Shown: positions 1 to 12,217 of the stretch, one piece after another
Layout: the number at the start of each line of letters is the position of its first letter
Position numbering within the stretch: position 1 is the first letter of the stretch
From: Chiloscyllium plagiosum
Taxonomy: Eukaryota
DNA: 60,914 bases
NCBI RefSeq assembly: GCF_004010195.1
Contig: NC_057719.1
Location: forward strand, 54,559,419 to 54,620,332
Reading direction: 5' to 3'
Translations under genes and position numbers: made by a program
Notes under the pieces: generated by a model
Seen by the model: the letters and a program-made list of their open reading frames with translations, nothing else
What the model was told of the DNA's origin: nothing
Database searches by the model: none

Positions 1-406
1 AGAAGTATAAGATTATGAAAGGATTGGACACTCTGGCAGCAGGAAACATGTTTCCGCTGATGGGTGAGTGCCGAACCAGAGGACACAGCTTAAAAATACG
101 GGGTAGACCATTTAGGACAGAGATGAGGAGAAACCTCTTCACCCAGAGAGTGGTAGGTGTGTGGAATGCTCACCCAGAAAGTGGTGGCTGTGGAATGCTC
201 TGCCCCAGAGGGCAGTGGAGGCCCAGTCTCTGGATTCATTTAAGAAAGAGTTGGATAGAGCTCTCAAAGATAGTGGAATCAAGGGTTATGGAGGTAAGGC
301 AGGAACAGGATACTGATTAGGAATGTTGAGCCATGATCATGTTGAATGGCAGTGCAGGCTCGAAGGGCTGAATGGCCTACTCCAGCACCTATTGTCTATT
401 GTCTAT
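1..406 (+). mobile_element. CR1-clade LINE 3' end (ORF2 C-terminus, 3'UTR, (TCTATTG)n tail)
   Basis: ORF 15-320 reads RTRGHSLKIRG..F.TEMRRNLFTQRVV..WN, the typical CR1 ORF2 C-terminus. It ends in CTATTGTCTATTGTCTATT. There is a ~30-bp internal tandem duplication at ~139-199. Confidence 0.9.
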
Positions 407-740
407 TTTCAGCCCATACGCCCATCTGGTCAAAAGTCTGTGTAATCTGAGTTAAGCTTCTTCACTGTCCAACACACCTCCAATTTTGATGTCATCTGCA
501 AACTTACTAACTGTACCTCTTACATAAATGATTTGGATGCGAGCATAAATGACAAAAAGTAGTGGACCCAGCATGGATCCTTGTGGCACTCCACTGGTCA
601 CAGGCCTCCAGTCTGAAAAACAACCCTCCACCACCACCCTCTGTCTTCTACCTTTGGAGCCAAGTTCAGCCTGGGGTTATTCAACATAGAACATTTGGTC
701 CAACTCATCTGTTTCCATGCTGTATGACTCTATGACTCTT
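407..740. mobile_element. CR1 fragment: RT piece on minus strand (407-667) joined to a plus-strand 3' tail (~700-740)
   Basis: Minus ORF 452-637 reads [26 protein letters not shown], followed by plus-strand TCTGTTTCCATGCTGTATGACTCTATGACTCT. Confidence 0.8.
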
Positions 741-744
741 TAAC

Positions 745-1730
745 ACTCTGCTCATTGGAGCCATACCTGGTACATAGGAAGATGGTCGTGGCTGTTGGAG
801 GTCAGTAATCCCAGCTTCAGGATACCTCTGCAGGAGTTCCTCAGGATAGTGCCCGAAACCCAACCATCTTCAGTTGCTTGATCAATGACCCTCCCTCCAT
901 CACAAGGTCAGAAGTGGGGACGTTCATTGATTACATAATGTTCACTACCAATCATGACTCCTCAGATATTGAAGCAGTCTATGTCTAAATGCAGCAAGAC
1001 TTGGACATAGGACAACTCCAACAAAAGAGAATTTAATCATTAATCCTTAACATTCAATGGCATTACAATCACAGAATTCTCCATTATCAATATCCTGGGG
1101 TGTTATGATTGACCAATAACTGAACGAGATTAGCCATGTAAATACTGAGCTACCAGTGCAGGTAGCATGCTAGAAATCCTATTGCAAATATCTCACCTTC
1201 TGACCAAAATCTGTCCATCATCTACAAGGTACAAGTCAGGCATGTAATGGAATACTCTACACTTGCCTGGATGACAGCAGCTCCAGTAGCACTCTAGAAG
1301 CTTGACATCATCCAAAACAAAGCTGTTGGTTGGCCCCACATACACAAACATTCACTCCTATTCATCAACAATGTATGTGTAGCATCCACCATGCACTGTA
1401 GAAATTTACCAAAATTCCTTAGGCAATATTTTTTTTAATTTACATTCATTTTCATCGAGAAGGACAAAGGTAGCTGATACATGGTACCACTACTCTCTGC
1501 AAATTCTCCTCCACGCCACTCCTATCCTGACTTGGAAATATATCACCGTTCCTTCAGTGGTCACTAGTTCAAAATCCTGGAACTCTCTTCCTCACAGCAT
1601 TGTGAGCCTACCTACACCAAATTGCTTGCTGTGGTTCAAGAGGACGTCTCACCACCATCTTCTTAAGGGTGACTAGGAAAGGCAATACATGCTGGCCCAA
1701 CCAACGATGCCCATGTCCAATAAATATTTT
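745..1730 (+). mobile_element. Old CR1/L2-group LINE, decayed RT C-terminal half and 3' tail
   Basis: GGAGTTCCTCAGGATAGTG (GVPQ.S-like), ATCTACAAGGTACAAGTCAGG (IYK.QVR), and a tail GGTTCAAG..CTCACCACCATCTTCT..GGCAATA.ATGCTGGCCC shared with 42770-42870 and 47670-47770. Confidence 0.7.
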
Positions 1731-2513
1731 GGCTTAAAAAAAATGTCTGCCAAAGCCATACTTGTAACTGGAAAGGATTGGAAAACTATGGTCATAGACT
1801 GCAATGCTTATCAAATGAGAACAAAGAATGCTGACAAGCTGATCAAGTAACATCAGTGAAGAGAAAGAGAGTTAATGATTCAGATCAATGACTTTTCATC
1901 AGCAGTTCGTCCACTATTGATGCCTTTGTTTCCTTTAGCAGAATGGGACATATCTTGTCTGGATCTTTATCCACTTTCAAGGATGGATAGCATCTTCATT
2001 ATGTAAGCCCATTCAATATTTCAAACTTTATTACAATGCTGACTTTTTCTTTTGTGAAAACATGCAAAGTACTCATAAGAGCTATCTTTCACCTCGGCAC
2101 ACAGAACTGAATTTTCCCATTTAATGTTGCTCACCCCATTGTCTGTGCACTTCCAATTGCTCTTACACTATCTTGCATGTCAGTCCTGTCTCCACGGTCC
2201 AGAGGAATGTGCGACAAAACTGCAAGAAAGTTCATGATCTTTTGCACATCACAAGGATAAGTGCCATTATTTTCTTTTTGCTATCTCAAATTCATTCTAA
2301 ATCTTCCATTGAACCTGCTTCTCACCATATCAAGTTCAATGACTGCACGCAATATTTTTCTATTATTCTAACCAACTTTTTCTCCACTAAACTATTAAAT
2401 CTTCCTGTCCTCTGCACTTACTCCTCATTGACTTGGGGCATCTCACCACTCTTCCAGAATAAAAAAAGACCAGACTCCTGACTAATCAGTCTGTTGCTGT
2501 CAAACATAACAAG

Positions 2514-2610
2514 CATTCCTGATGAAGTGCTTATACCTGAAACATTGACTCTCCTGTTCCTCAGATGCTGCCTGACCTGATGTGCTTTTCCTGTGCCACA
2601 CTTTTTGAAA
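2514..2610 (+). mobile_element. Penelope-like element terminal fragment with degenerate hammerhead motif
   Basis: CATTCCTGATGAAGTGCTTATACCTGAAACATTGACTCTCCTG...GATGCTGCC, homologous to the 3' end of the PLE at 21020-21153. Confidence 0.75.
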
Positions 2611-3044
2611 CAAACTGCCTGGTTCTCCCTTCATGCTATAACGCAAGGCAAGGCAGAGATGATGTGAGTACCCAAATAGCTGCAAAATGCATGAGAACTA
2701 AAAAAAACATTTTAAGAACCCTGAGATGCACCTTGCTTTGATGTATGAGATGAGTGTCTGTCCCTGCAGTCAAAGACGTCTGATGGTATCACTGTAATGT
2801 AAGGTTTTGGTGAGTTCCACAGCACATTATTGAAGTGCTAAGCTATATTGAGTGAGAATTCTAAATATGCCCAGATGATGTGATGAGGCTGGTGTTTTGC
2901 TGATGTCATAGATGGGAAATGCAGGTGGTTACTGTTCATGGAGTGTATCCTGATACATTGGGGAATGCTGACAAAAGTGAATGCCCAGAGAATTCATTGG
3001 TGATTCACAGTAGTATTTCTTTAAACTTGCAGATGACAGTTAGC

Positions 3045-3890
3045 TCTGAAATTCACTATAGCACATTGTGAGAATGACACTGAACGACTTCAGAGGGACA
3101 TTGACAGGTTGGTCAAATGAGCAGATATCTGGCAGATGAATTTCAATGCAGAGAAATGTGAAGTACAGGCTCAATAGTACCATTTTGAAGGGAGTCCAAG
3201 AGCAGATGGATCTCGGGGGTCAAGTCTATAATTCTCTGAAAGTGGCCAGACAAGTTGAAACTATGGCTAAGAGGGCTTATAGAATCCTTGGTTTCAGAAA
3301 AGAGGCATAGAACATAAAAGCAAGGAAGTGATGTTACACTTCATACCACATTTGGAGCATTGTGTTCAGTTCTGAGCATTATTTAAGGACGAATGTTAAA
3401 GCCCTGCAGAGAATTCAAAGGAATTTACTGGAGTAATACTAAGACTGAGAAATTTTAGCTGCAAGAAAAGATTAGAGAAATTGGCTTATTCTCCTTAGAG
3501 CAGAGAAGATTAAGAGATGACTTTATTGAGGTGTTCCGAATTACTAACAATTTTGACAGGCTGAAGAAGGATATTCTGTTTTCACTAGTTGGGCATGCCA
3601 GTAACTAGGAGTCACAATTTCAAGACTGTCAGCAAGCGAGATAGGACTGAGATGAGGAGAAACTTCTTTGTGCAGGCAAGTGTTATGATTTAGAATGCAA
3701 TGTCTGGGAGAGCGGCGGATTCCATGGGAGGTTTCAAAAGAGAACTGAGATATATTTGAAAGTGATGAATTTCGGGGGCTACACAGATAAGGCAAGAGAG
3801 TGAGACTAGCTGGGTAGTTCTTTCAGAAGCTGGTACAAACAGGATGGGTCATATTGCCTCCTTCTGGAATGCAAAATTCTGTGATTCTAT
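3045..3890 (+). mobile_element. Old CR1 LINE 3' portion
   Basis: Decayed LQRDIDRLV.WAD.WQMNFNAEKCEV, HLE.CVQF and LEQRRLR.D motifs followed by a 3'UTR. Confidence 0.8.
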
Positions 3891-4999
3891 AGGATCCAAT
3901 CAGACTTGCAAGTCAGGAATTGTTATCCACTTTCTCTGCATTGCCTGGGAAAGTACAAATTGCATAAAAATTAGCCATGATTTGTAATAATGAAATGTTG
4001 ATCTAACAAATAGGTTCCTCGTGCTCACTCGCGAAATTTACCTCTCAGCCTTCTAAGCTTGGATGAAGAATTTTACTTTCATCTCTCAATGTTGAGAGTC
4101 TCACTTTACTGTTCTTGTCATATTTTCCCAATTAACTCTTTATTGCCCACATCACTCAGGGCCTGGGAAAATTCTGCACACAAGTTACTTTGTAGATCTC
4201 TGATCAGCTTTACTGTTTCTTTAGTTAAACTCTGTCTCTTTCTTTATTCATAAACCACCTTTGGAATTGCTTTGATCTTACTTGCTGGTACATTTTAATG
4301 ACTCCTCTTTGCATTCCTATATTCCTTTGCCATTTCATATCTGCACTTGCTATACTCCTTTATGCTTTGTAGTGAGGTATTTGCATTTAACACATGCTTT
4401 CCTTTATGCCTTACCCTACTTTATATGCTCTTTGACATTAAAGCAATCTAAATTTGTAAGGACGTGTTTAGCTTAACTTGCACTGTTTTGACACTGATTT
4501 ACCTTCAAGAAGCTTTTTCCCAGTCCACCTCCATCAAGTTGCATCTCTGTTTTGTGAAATCGACTTTTCCTGAATTAATATCTTTGTCTAATTGCATTTT
4601 TTTTATGCAAAGTCAAGAGAAATTGAAAAAGGACAGGGTGAGAAACAGGCTATTGTTTTGATGCAGTCCATTTTGCATTGGTTCCCAAAACAAGTTTTAT
4701 CATTGTTGGCACAAATTGGGTGTGACTCACTGTGTGAAATTTAAAGCTAATCATTTGAAAGGATAGCATGCGGCATTCAAAACAATGATGTGAATTGATG
4801 GATTTGCTTTTTAAAATTATTTTTATATTATTTTATTGGTTATGTTTTTCCTCACCCTTCCCACTTTCCCTGGTGATGCATTCATCCTGATTTATTCAGT
4901 TAAGCTGTCAAGTGAACAATTTTAATATCAGTGGCTATTCTGTCAAGATAATTGGATTGGTGTGGTGACACTGATGACAACTCTCTGCCTGTTTAATGG

Positions 5000-5700
5000 G
5001 CGGGTTAGCGACTCCTATAGACAGCAATGGAGCGACCAGAGAGGTGCATACATACATCCAGTTATATCAGGTGCCCTTTCCTCACAAGAAGATAGGAGAT
5101 GCCAGGAGACAACCAGTCATAGGAGGCACCATACACTGGCCCCTCAGATTTCTCCGCTCAGGACACCATAGAAGTAGCCAGACTCTCCAACTCCACCTTG
5201 CATGCTGATTTGAGTAAGTGGGTCAGTGATGTCTGGGGCAGAGAGGTGAAAAACCCAGATTGACCCAAACAAAAAGACCCAGACTGACTGATTTCAGTAT
5301 ATTTCTGTGACCTGTTAGCACCACAACCACCAGGCCCGCAACCTTCCACGTGCAGGACTGGTTCCTATGGAGTCACAGAACTAACTGTGACCCACTCCTA
5401 GACTGCAGAGGGACAGGCAGACAGCCAAAATCATCCCAACTAAACAGATCACTGTGGCCACACTGTCAACTAGTATGGGAGACTACTCCTACCATCTGTT
5501 TTGTGGGTAAGCTGCTGGAACATGTTACTGGCACGAGATTGATGCAGCACTGTGCCAAACAGCAAGACGTATATCTCCTTGACTGAGAATTGTTGTCCAG
5601 CAAGGCAAGCTGCCTGCCTGTGTGACTGTCCTAACAAACATGGCATGGCAATGTAAGGCATGGATGCTGCAAACATACAGGCAGATGCTAAGTGAGCAAG
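5000..5700 (+). pseudogene. Possible highly decayed PIF/Harbinger transposase remnant
   Basis: Scattered peptide echoes (PLRFLRSG, VSDV, EHVTG, GTCCTAACAAACATGGCA resembling VLHNMA) occur in the order expected for HARBI1-type transposases. Frames are broken. Confidence 0.3.
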
Positions 5701-7357
5701 TGCTAATAAAGCAACTGAGTAGTCCTAAATTGTAGGTTAGCTTCCTGTCCTTGAATGTAAAGTGTCCCCACAGCAGTGTTTTAATCCCAGTGGACAGTGT
5801 ACCTTACAATGAAAGTCTGTGCTCCAGAGTGTCCTGCAAACATATCAGAGAGAGATGCCATGATGACAATCCTAATTTGCCATTTCATTAATAATGTGAA
5901 TTATTAGATTTGCCACCAATCTTTGAGCACTGCCAATAAATAAACCAAAGATGCACCAAAGAAATAAGAAAATGACTAAGTCAGTAACAATCAATACAAA
6001 TCCTGAGCAAAGTATCAAGGGTTCATAAAAGTAGTGAAAATACCACATGCCAACAGCACAGTTTTAAAATGTCCTGGTGTGAAATTAGCATGGTTTCACT
6101 TTCAATTTTGTCCATCTTCACTACCATTGATTCCTGGGAATTTTCCAAGTTAAGCCTTGTTTGAACTTTATATGCAGGTTCCCAATAAAATTCTCACCAG
6201 TGCCAGAAACCCATCTGCAGAAAGAAGGAAAATGAGGGCTGCAGGCTTAAGGTTTTTAGAGAGCTGAACACATTGTTGACAGACTCCTGGAGATGAGGCC
6301 AATTCATATGCAGTTCTGCAGGGTGCTTTTTAAATTTTAAATCCCTGCTCAAATCAAAGCAATACTAGATTTCCACACCATGTTAGTGGGTTTTTTTTTA
6401 CGTTCAGCGTTGCCATGGTGATAATAACACAAAATGTGACATGAAACGTCAGTCCATTGTGTTCGCCCACTTTCCTGATGTCTGTTCATATTTTTATGGC
6501 TATATTCAAAAGGCCTTCATCACATCTTTGTATGACTGAAAACACATCAGTTATGTATAGCCTTTGACAGAATGTTGCAAGGCTGGTATTTAGCTACTAT
6601 CCAGCTGTTTTTCTTGATAGTCTGTTAAATTATCTATATTTTATCATTCCCTGCTGCTTTGAGCAATTTAGACAAGTACCTGTATTGGAGTGATGACGAT
6701 TGGCAGGGATCTGATTGGATAGCTCCCTTGCTAATTTTTCTTTCTGTTTCATGATGTTTATATGCAATGGGGTGGATTTTTCCAGCCTGTGCCTGGTTGT
6801 AGCTCATAGCATATGCTGGTAGTGCGCCTTACCCAATTTTGAGTCCACTTAAATACTGGGGGGATACTTGGTTTGCTTCCTGTGCACACCTGAAATCATT
6901 ACTCCCTTCCAAACTTTCTTCTGTGATAAACCTTTGCTGTAATAATGGGAAAATCTTTCCCCAATGTAATAAATTGAGTGTAATTTGCATTCCTGACCCT
7001 TGTGAGCTGTCAGAGACAATGGCTGCAATCTTGTGCTGCTATTCACAGTGGAAAGCAAAGTGGGCTGGCTTAGATAACTGCACAAAAGGTAAGATGTCAA
7101 CTTCCCACAGTCAGATAAAAATAAAGAACTAAGTTTGCAGTGGACTGAAAGCAGATCAAGCAACCTAACAGCAAGCGTATGGAATCTATTTTTAATGCTC
7201 GAGTATTTTTGTATACTCACAGTGACACCAGCAAATGAGAAACACATGCCTTTGAATTCACGACTGGTTAAAGATGCCATGCAGCAAGTGAGGTAGTCTT
7301 CCTGGTGTGACTTGGACTGAGTAGGAACTGATATTCTTTGACAGAGATTTTTGTTGG

Positions 7358-7455
7358 GCATTCCTGAAGAAGGGCTTATGCCCGAAACGTCGATTCTCCT
7401 GCTCCTCAGATGCTGCCTGGCCTGCTGCGCTTTTCCAGCACCACACTTTTCAACA
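7358..7455 (+). mobile_element. PLE terminal fragment carrying the best-preserved minimal hammerhead motif
   Basis: CTGAAGA(7364-7370)-A-GGGC-TTAT-GCCC-GAAA-CG-TC, followed by the PLE 3' sequence GATTCTCCTGCTCCTCAGATGCTGCC. Confidence 0.85.
7360..7397 (+). ncRNA. Putative minimal type I hammerhead ribozyme (PLE-associated)
   Basis: Core CUGANGA plus an extra A, 4-bp stem II GGGC/GCCC, GAAA, palindromic ACGU mini stem III and a GUC cleavage triplet. Stem I pairing is weak. Confidence 0.6.
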
Positions 7456-7629
7456 TCAAGAGAGAGGCATTGCTGCATGGAGAAGAGTTGGTGCCGAGAT
7501 ATAGGGTATTGGGACATAGGAAACAGAGGAGGGAGGCATGAAGGGAGGAAAGATGGTGGCTGTGCAAGGGAGATGACCAACTGCTACTTCAGCTGGGAGA
7601 ATGATCTTATGAGGAAAGGTTGGACTGAC

Positions 7630-8660
7630 TAGCCTCTTCCCATTGTAGTTTGGAAAAATGAGAGGTCATTATAATCAAGAGGTACAAGATTCTGAGGAGA
7701 ATTTCCTGAGGTGGATATTGAAAGGATGTTTTGCTTCATAAAAGAGACTTGAACGAAGAGACACCATTTCAAAACTTTTCAAAACATTTAAGATTGAGAT
7801 GAGGATGAATTTTTCTTTTTTAATCGTGAGCAATATTTCCTTTGAGCTGTGAGATCACACAGCTGCTGGGAGTCTCCACATACATTGGTCAGTGTATCGA
7901 TGTATAGCTTCCACTCACAGAAGATACTGCCATGGATGGACCTTGGAAATCCTAGAGGGAACACTGGTCATGAATCTTCAGAAAATTCATCCCCAGTGTG
8001 AAGTGAAAGTGGAGTAATTGAATATTTTTAAGGTCGAGGTCAGCTCACAAGTGAGTCAATAATCATTGGGGGTAGGTGGGGATGGAGAGGTGAAGCCACA
8101 ATCAAGATCATAGAGTCATAGAGATGTACAGCATGGAAACAGACTCATCCATGCCAACCAGATATCCCAATCTAATCTAGGTTCCTCTTGCCAGCACCCG
8201 GCCCATATCCCTCCAAACCCTTCCTATTCACATACCCAACCAGATGCCTTTTAAATGTTGCAATTGTACTAGCCTCCACCACTTCCTCTGGCAGCTCATT
8301 CTATACATGTACCACCCTCTGCCTGAAAAAGTTGCCCCTTAGGTCCCTTTTATATCTTTCCCCTCTCACCCTAAACCTATGCCCTCTAGTTCTGGATTCT
8401 CCATCCCATGGATAAGACTTTATCTATTTGTCCTACCCGTTCCCCTCATGATTTTATAAACCTCAATAAGTTCACACTTCAGCCTTCGACGCTCCAGGAG
8501 AAACTGCCCCAGCTTGTTCAGCCTCTCCCTATAGCTCAAATCCTCCAACCCTGGCAACATCCTTGCAAATCTTTTCTCAGTCATGATCCTATTGAACAGC
8601 AGAGAATAGTACAGTTGAGGGGCTCAACTCCTATCCCTAGTTTACATGTTTGTACAGGTA
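7630..8660 (+). mobile_element. Old CR1 3' end interrupted by a younger CR1
   Basis: Decayed C-terminal coding sequence at 7630-8107. The 3'UTR resumes at ~8578 (TCAGTCATGATCCTATTGAA...). Confidence 0.6.
8108..8577 (-). mobile_element. Young CR1 (HER1-like) 5'-truncated copy
   Basis: Starts with the reverse complement of the (TATGACTC)n tail (CATAGAGTCATAGAGATGTACAGC) and is near-identical to 25908-26390 and 28388-28870. Confidence 0.92.
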
Positions 8661-9669
8661 TCTAGGGAGGAAGGTGAAGTAATGTCTGCTCAAGGAGAAT
8701 CAGGACATGGCTGACTGAGGAAGAGAAGTTCTGTTGCAGCAGAACTATGAGGGCTGGTGAGAAAGAAATGCAAAAAGTTGAAATACAGAAGGGAGATTGC
8801 CTTCTACAAATGAGGTAATGGAATTGAATGAGCAAATAGGAGTAGCAGCTGCTCATGTGGTCCCCTCACACAACCAGATTCAAGCTTCAAGCCTGTGGCA
8901 CCTGGACCATCAATCGTATGAGATTACAGTGAATTTCCTGCCTTCCCCCACAAATAGCTGTATAGATTATCCATCTTTGTGTTTGGTGAGCCATGTTTGT
9001 GTTGAGATTGTATGCCTCACCTGCAAGTGATAATCCAGTTGAATATCTTGCCCCACGATCAAGAACGTGATGCTGCATTAAGGCTATAGCCAACAACGCA
9101 GAGGTTAGTACTTTGCTTGAAATGGATGTGTGTAGTACAGCTAAAAATCTGTAAAGAGTGAAAAATATGAGCACTTTTGTACAGGTACTTGTCTAAATTG
9201 CTCAAAGCAGCAAGGAACACTCAAAATGTAAGCCATTTAGCAGATTATCAACAAAAGCAGCAGGATATTTCCAGACTAAACACTAGCCTTGCAATGTTCT
9301 ATCAAAGACTACACATGACTGACATAGTTTCAGTTATAGAAAATTTAAAACATTCACCATGACTCAGTGGATGATGGTCTTATTATGGCCTGCATAACTA
9401 TTCAGTAAGATACTGTGAAATGAATAATTCATTGCAATGTTGATAGAGAAGTTTCAATGTAATATAAGTTCGAGGAAGGAAGGAAACCAGCAAAAATTTA
9501 TGCTGAAGCATTGAGTTTTCCTTCTTGGCTGTTAAGTATAACTCATCACTTGGCAAAGTACATACAGGAAAATTTGGTAAGAGGTATCATACACCTCATT
9601 TACAGAGGTACTGACAGCAAGAGTGGATGAGTGCTATCACACACCCTTTTTTTGTTTGATTTTCCCACT

Positions 9670-9900
9670 TTGCATGAGCAATTGGGATGTTCATATTGTG
9701 AGCCAAGTGCCTGGACAGATCTGGGAATACCCTGCAGTGTGTGCCAGCAAGGATTTCCAGGGTGGTAGAGGTATGATGTGTCTTACTCAACGTTCTGAGC
9801 TACAGGATGAGCAAGGTGATGAGTACCGTGCATCTTCGGAGAAGGAAGAAGAAGAAATACAAGCGGGGCGAGGAGCAAGTGCAACTATTACCAGACATAA
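9670..9900 (+). pseudogene. PIF/Harbinger (HARBI1-like) DDE transposase C-terminal remnant
   Basis: From ~9678 it translates AIGMFIL*AKCLDRSGNTLQCVPARISRVVEV*CVLLN, matching the HARBI1-type IG.LK.RFRCLD.SGG.LQY.P......CC.LHN block. An acidic stretch (SSEKEEEE) follows. Confidence 0.7.
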
Positions 9901-10667
9901 ACCAGCAGAGATGCATAGTCCATACATGGTCAATTTGAGGCTGTGCAGCCTATGATACATCAATGCCATGGACTGCAACAATTCGAGTAGGCAGCTGACC
10001 ACCACCTCCTCAAGAGCAAATATGAATGGGCAACAAAAATGGGCCCAGCCAGCAACATCTACTTCTTGGGGAATTTAAAAAAAATATTAAACATACTGTG
10101 CCCCCTGCAAGTATAGCACAAAGCAATTCCCACAGTTAGCAACCAATCCCTATTTCAAACATACCATTTTTCATTAGACAGAGGGCCACCTGCCCAGTAT
10201 CAGACAACAATACATAGAATTGGACAAAGAAGCTTTGAATTAAATTCGATGGTTCATAAATTTAAAACAAACATAAATATGAAAAAATATTTTTATGATC
10301 AAGAGTTAAACATCCACTGAAAACCATTGGACAAATCCTTTAGCTGAGCAGTTGAACTCAGAACATCACAACGCAGTACAGATCCTTCAGCCCTCAATGT
10401 TGCACCGACCTGTGAAACCAATCTAAAGCCCACCTAACTTACACTATTCCATTATCATCCATGTATTCATCCAATGACCATTTAAATGCCCTTAAAGTTG
10501 GCAAGTCTATTGTAGGCAGGGCATTCCATGTCCTTACTACTCTCTCTGACATCTGTCCTATATCTATCACCCCTCAGTTTAAAGCCATGCCCCTCATGCT
10601 AGCCAACACCATCTGAGGAAAAAGGCTCTTACTGTTGACCTTGTCTCACCGACTGATCATCTTGTAT

Positions 10668-10911
10668 ACATGCAAGTACTTCACACAGAAGGTGGTTTGG
10701 AACGCATTGCCAGCAAAAGTGGTAGAGGCAGGCACAGTAGATTCATTTAAGATGAGTCTGGTCAAACGCATGAGTAGATGGGAAGCAGAGGGATACAAAA
10801 GCTTAGGAATTGACCGACAGGTTTAAACAGTAGATTTGGATTGGCTCAGGCTTGGAGGGCAGAAGGGCCTGTTCTTGGGCTGTAAATTTTCTTTGTTCTC
10901 TTTGTTCTTTG
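10668..10911 (+). mobile_element. CR1 3' end (third subfamily, (TTCTTTG)n tail) inserted into the 10355-12217 copy
   Basis: KYFTQKVVWNALPAKVVEAGT; tail GCTGTAAATTTTCTTTGTTCTCTTTGTTCTTTG; same family as 32650-33186. Confidence 0.85.
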
Positions 10912-11771
10912 TCTCTATTAAGTCACCTCTCAACCTACTTCCCTTTAACGAAAACAGCCTCAAGTTCCTCAGCCTTTCCTCATTAGATCTTCCCTCCATA
11001 CCAGGCAACATCCTGGTAAATCTCTTCAGCACCCTTTCCAATGCTTCCACATCCTTCCTATAATGTGACGACCAGAACTATATGCTATACTCCAAGTGTG
11101 GCTGCACCAGAGTTTTGTACAGCTGAAACACGACCTCATGGCTTTGAAATTCAATCCCTCTACCAATAAAAGCTAAAACACTATATGCCTTCTTAACAAC
11201 CCTATCAACCTGGATGGCAACTTTCAGAAATCTATGCACATGGACTCTGAGATCTCTCTGTTCATCCACACTACCAAGAATCTTACCATTAGCCCCGTAC
11301 TCTCTATTCCTGTTACTCATTCCAAAGTGAATCACCTCTCACTTTTCTGCATTAAACTCCATTTGCCTCCTCTCAGCCCAGCTGTGTAGCTTGTCTATGT
11401 CCCTCTGTAACCTGCATCATTTTGCTGCACTGTTCACAACTCCACTGACCTCAGTGTCATCCACAAATTTACTAACTCACCCTTCTACGCCCTCATCCAG
11501 GTCATTTATATAAATGACAAACAGTAGTGGGCCCAAAACAGATCCTTGCAGTACACCACTCGTAACTGAACTCCAGGATCAACATTTCCCGTCAACCACG
11601 GTCCTCTGTCTTCTTGCAATGAGCCAATTTCTGATCCAAACTATTAAATCATCCTTAATCCTTATTTTCTGCAATAGCCTACCATGTGGAACCTTATCAA
11701 ACACTTTGCTGAAATCCACATCACATCAACCGTTTTACCCTCATCCACCTGTTTGGTCACCTTGTCAAAGA

Positions 11772-11985
11772 GTGGGGTGCTGGAAAGGCACAGCAGGTCA
11801 GACAGCATCCGAGGAGCTGCAGAATCAACATTTCGGACTTAAGTCCTTTACCACCATTCCTGATGAAGAGTTTACACTTGAAACATTGATTCTCCTACTC
11901 CTTAGATGCTGCCTGACCTGCTGTGTTTTTCCAGCAACACACTCTCAATTATAATCTCCAGTATTCGCAATCCTCACTTTCTCCT
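11772..11985. mobile_element. Palindromic PLE-terminus insertion with ~13-bp target-site duplication
   Basis: Inverted arms (GCTGGAAAGGCACAGCAGGTCAGACAGCATC / GATGCTGCCTGACCTGCTGTGTTTTCCAGC) around CTGATGA. Flanked by ACCTTGTCAAAGA (11759-11771) and ACCTTCTCAAGGA (11986-11998). Confidence 0.85.
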
Positions 11986-12217
11986 ACCTTCTCAAGGAAC
12001 TCAATAAGGTTTGTGAGGCACGACCTACCCTTCACAAAACCATGTTGACTATCCCTAATCAAATTATTCCTTTCTAGATAATTATAAATCCAATCTCTTA
12101 TTATCCTTTCCAATACTTTACCCACAACTTAAATAAGATTCACTGGTCTATAATTACCACGGCTGCCTCTTGAACAAGGCAACAACATTTGCTATCCTCC
12201 AGTCTTAGGGCACTATT

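Larger units (their letters stand above)
10355..12217 (-). mobile_element. CR1 LINE (second subfamily), RT to 3' end, with two nested insertions
   Basis: Minus ORFs 10823-11050 (ALERV.KRFTRMLPG) and 11078-11335 (HFG..N..QRDL.VHVH..LKVA.QVDRVVKKA); RT GVxQGSV.G region near 11530. Confidence 0.88.

Noticed and set aside
6849..7580. 243-aa minus-strand ORF
   Set aside because: Runs through an antisense PLE terminus and has no recognisable domain; probably a chance ORF.
9806..9936. MSKVMSTVHLRRRKKKKYKRG basic peptide (NLS-like)
   Set aside because: Shifted frame of the purine-rich acidic tail of the Harbinger remnant.
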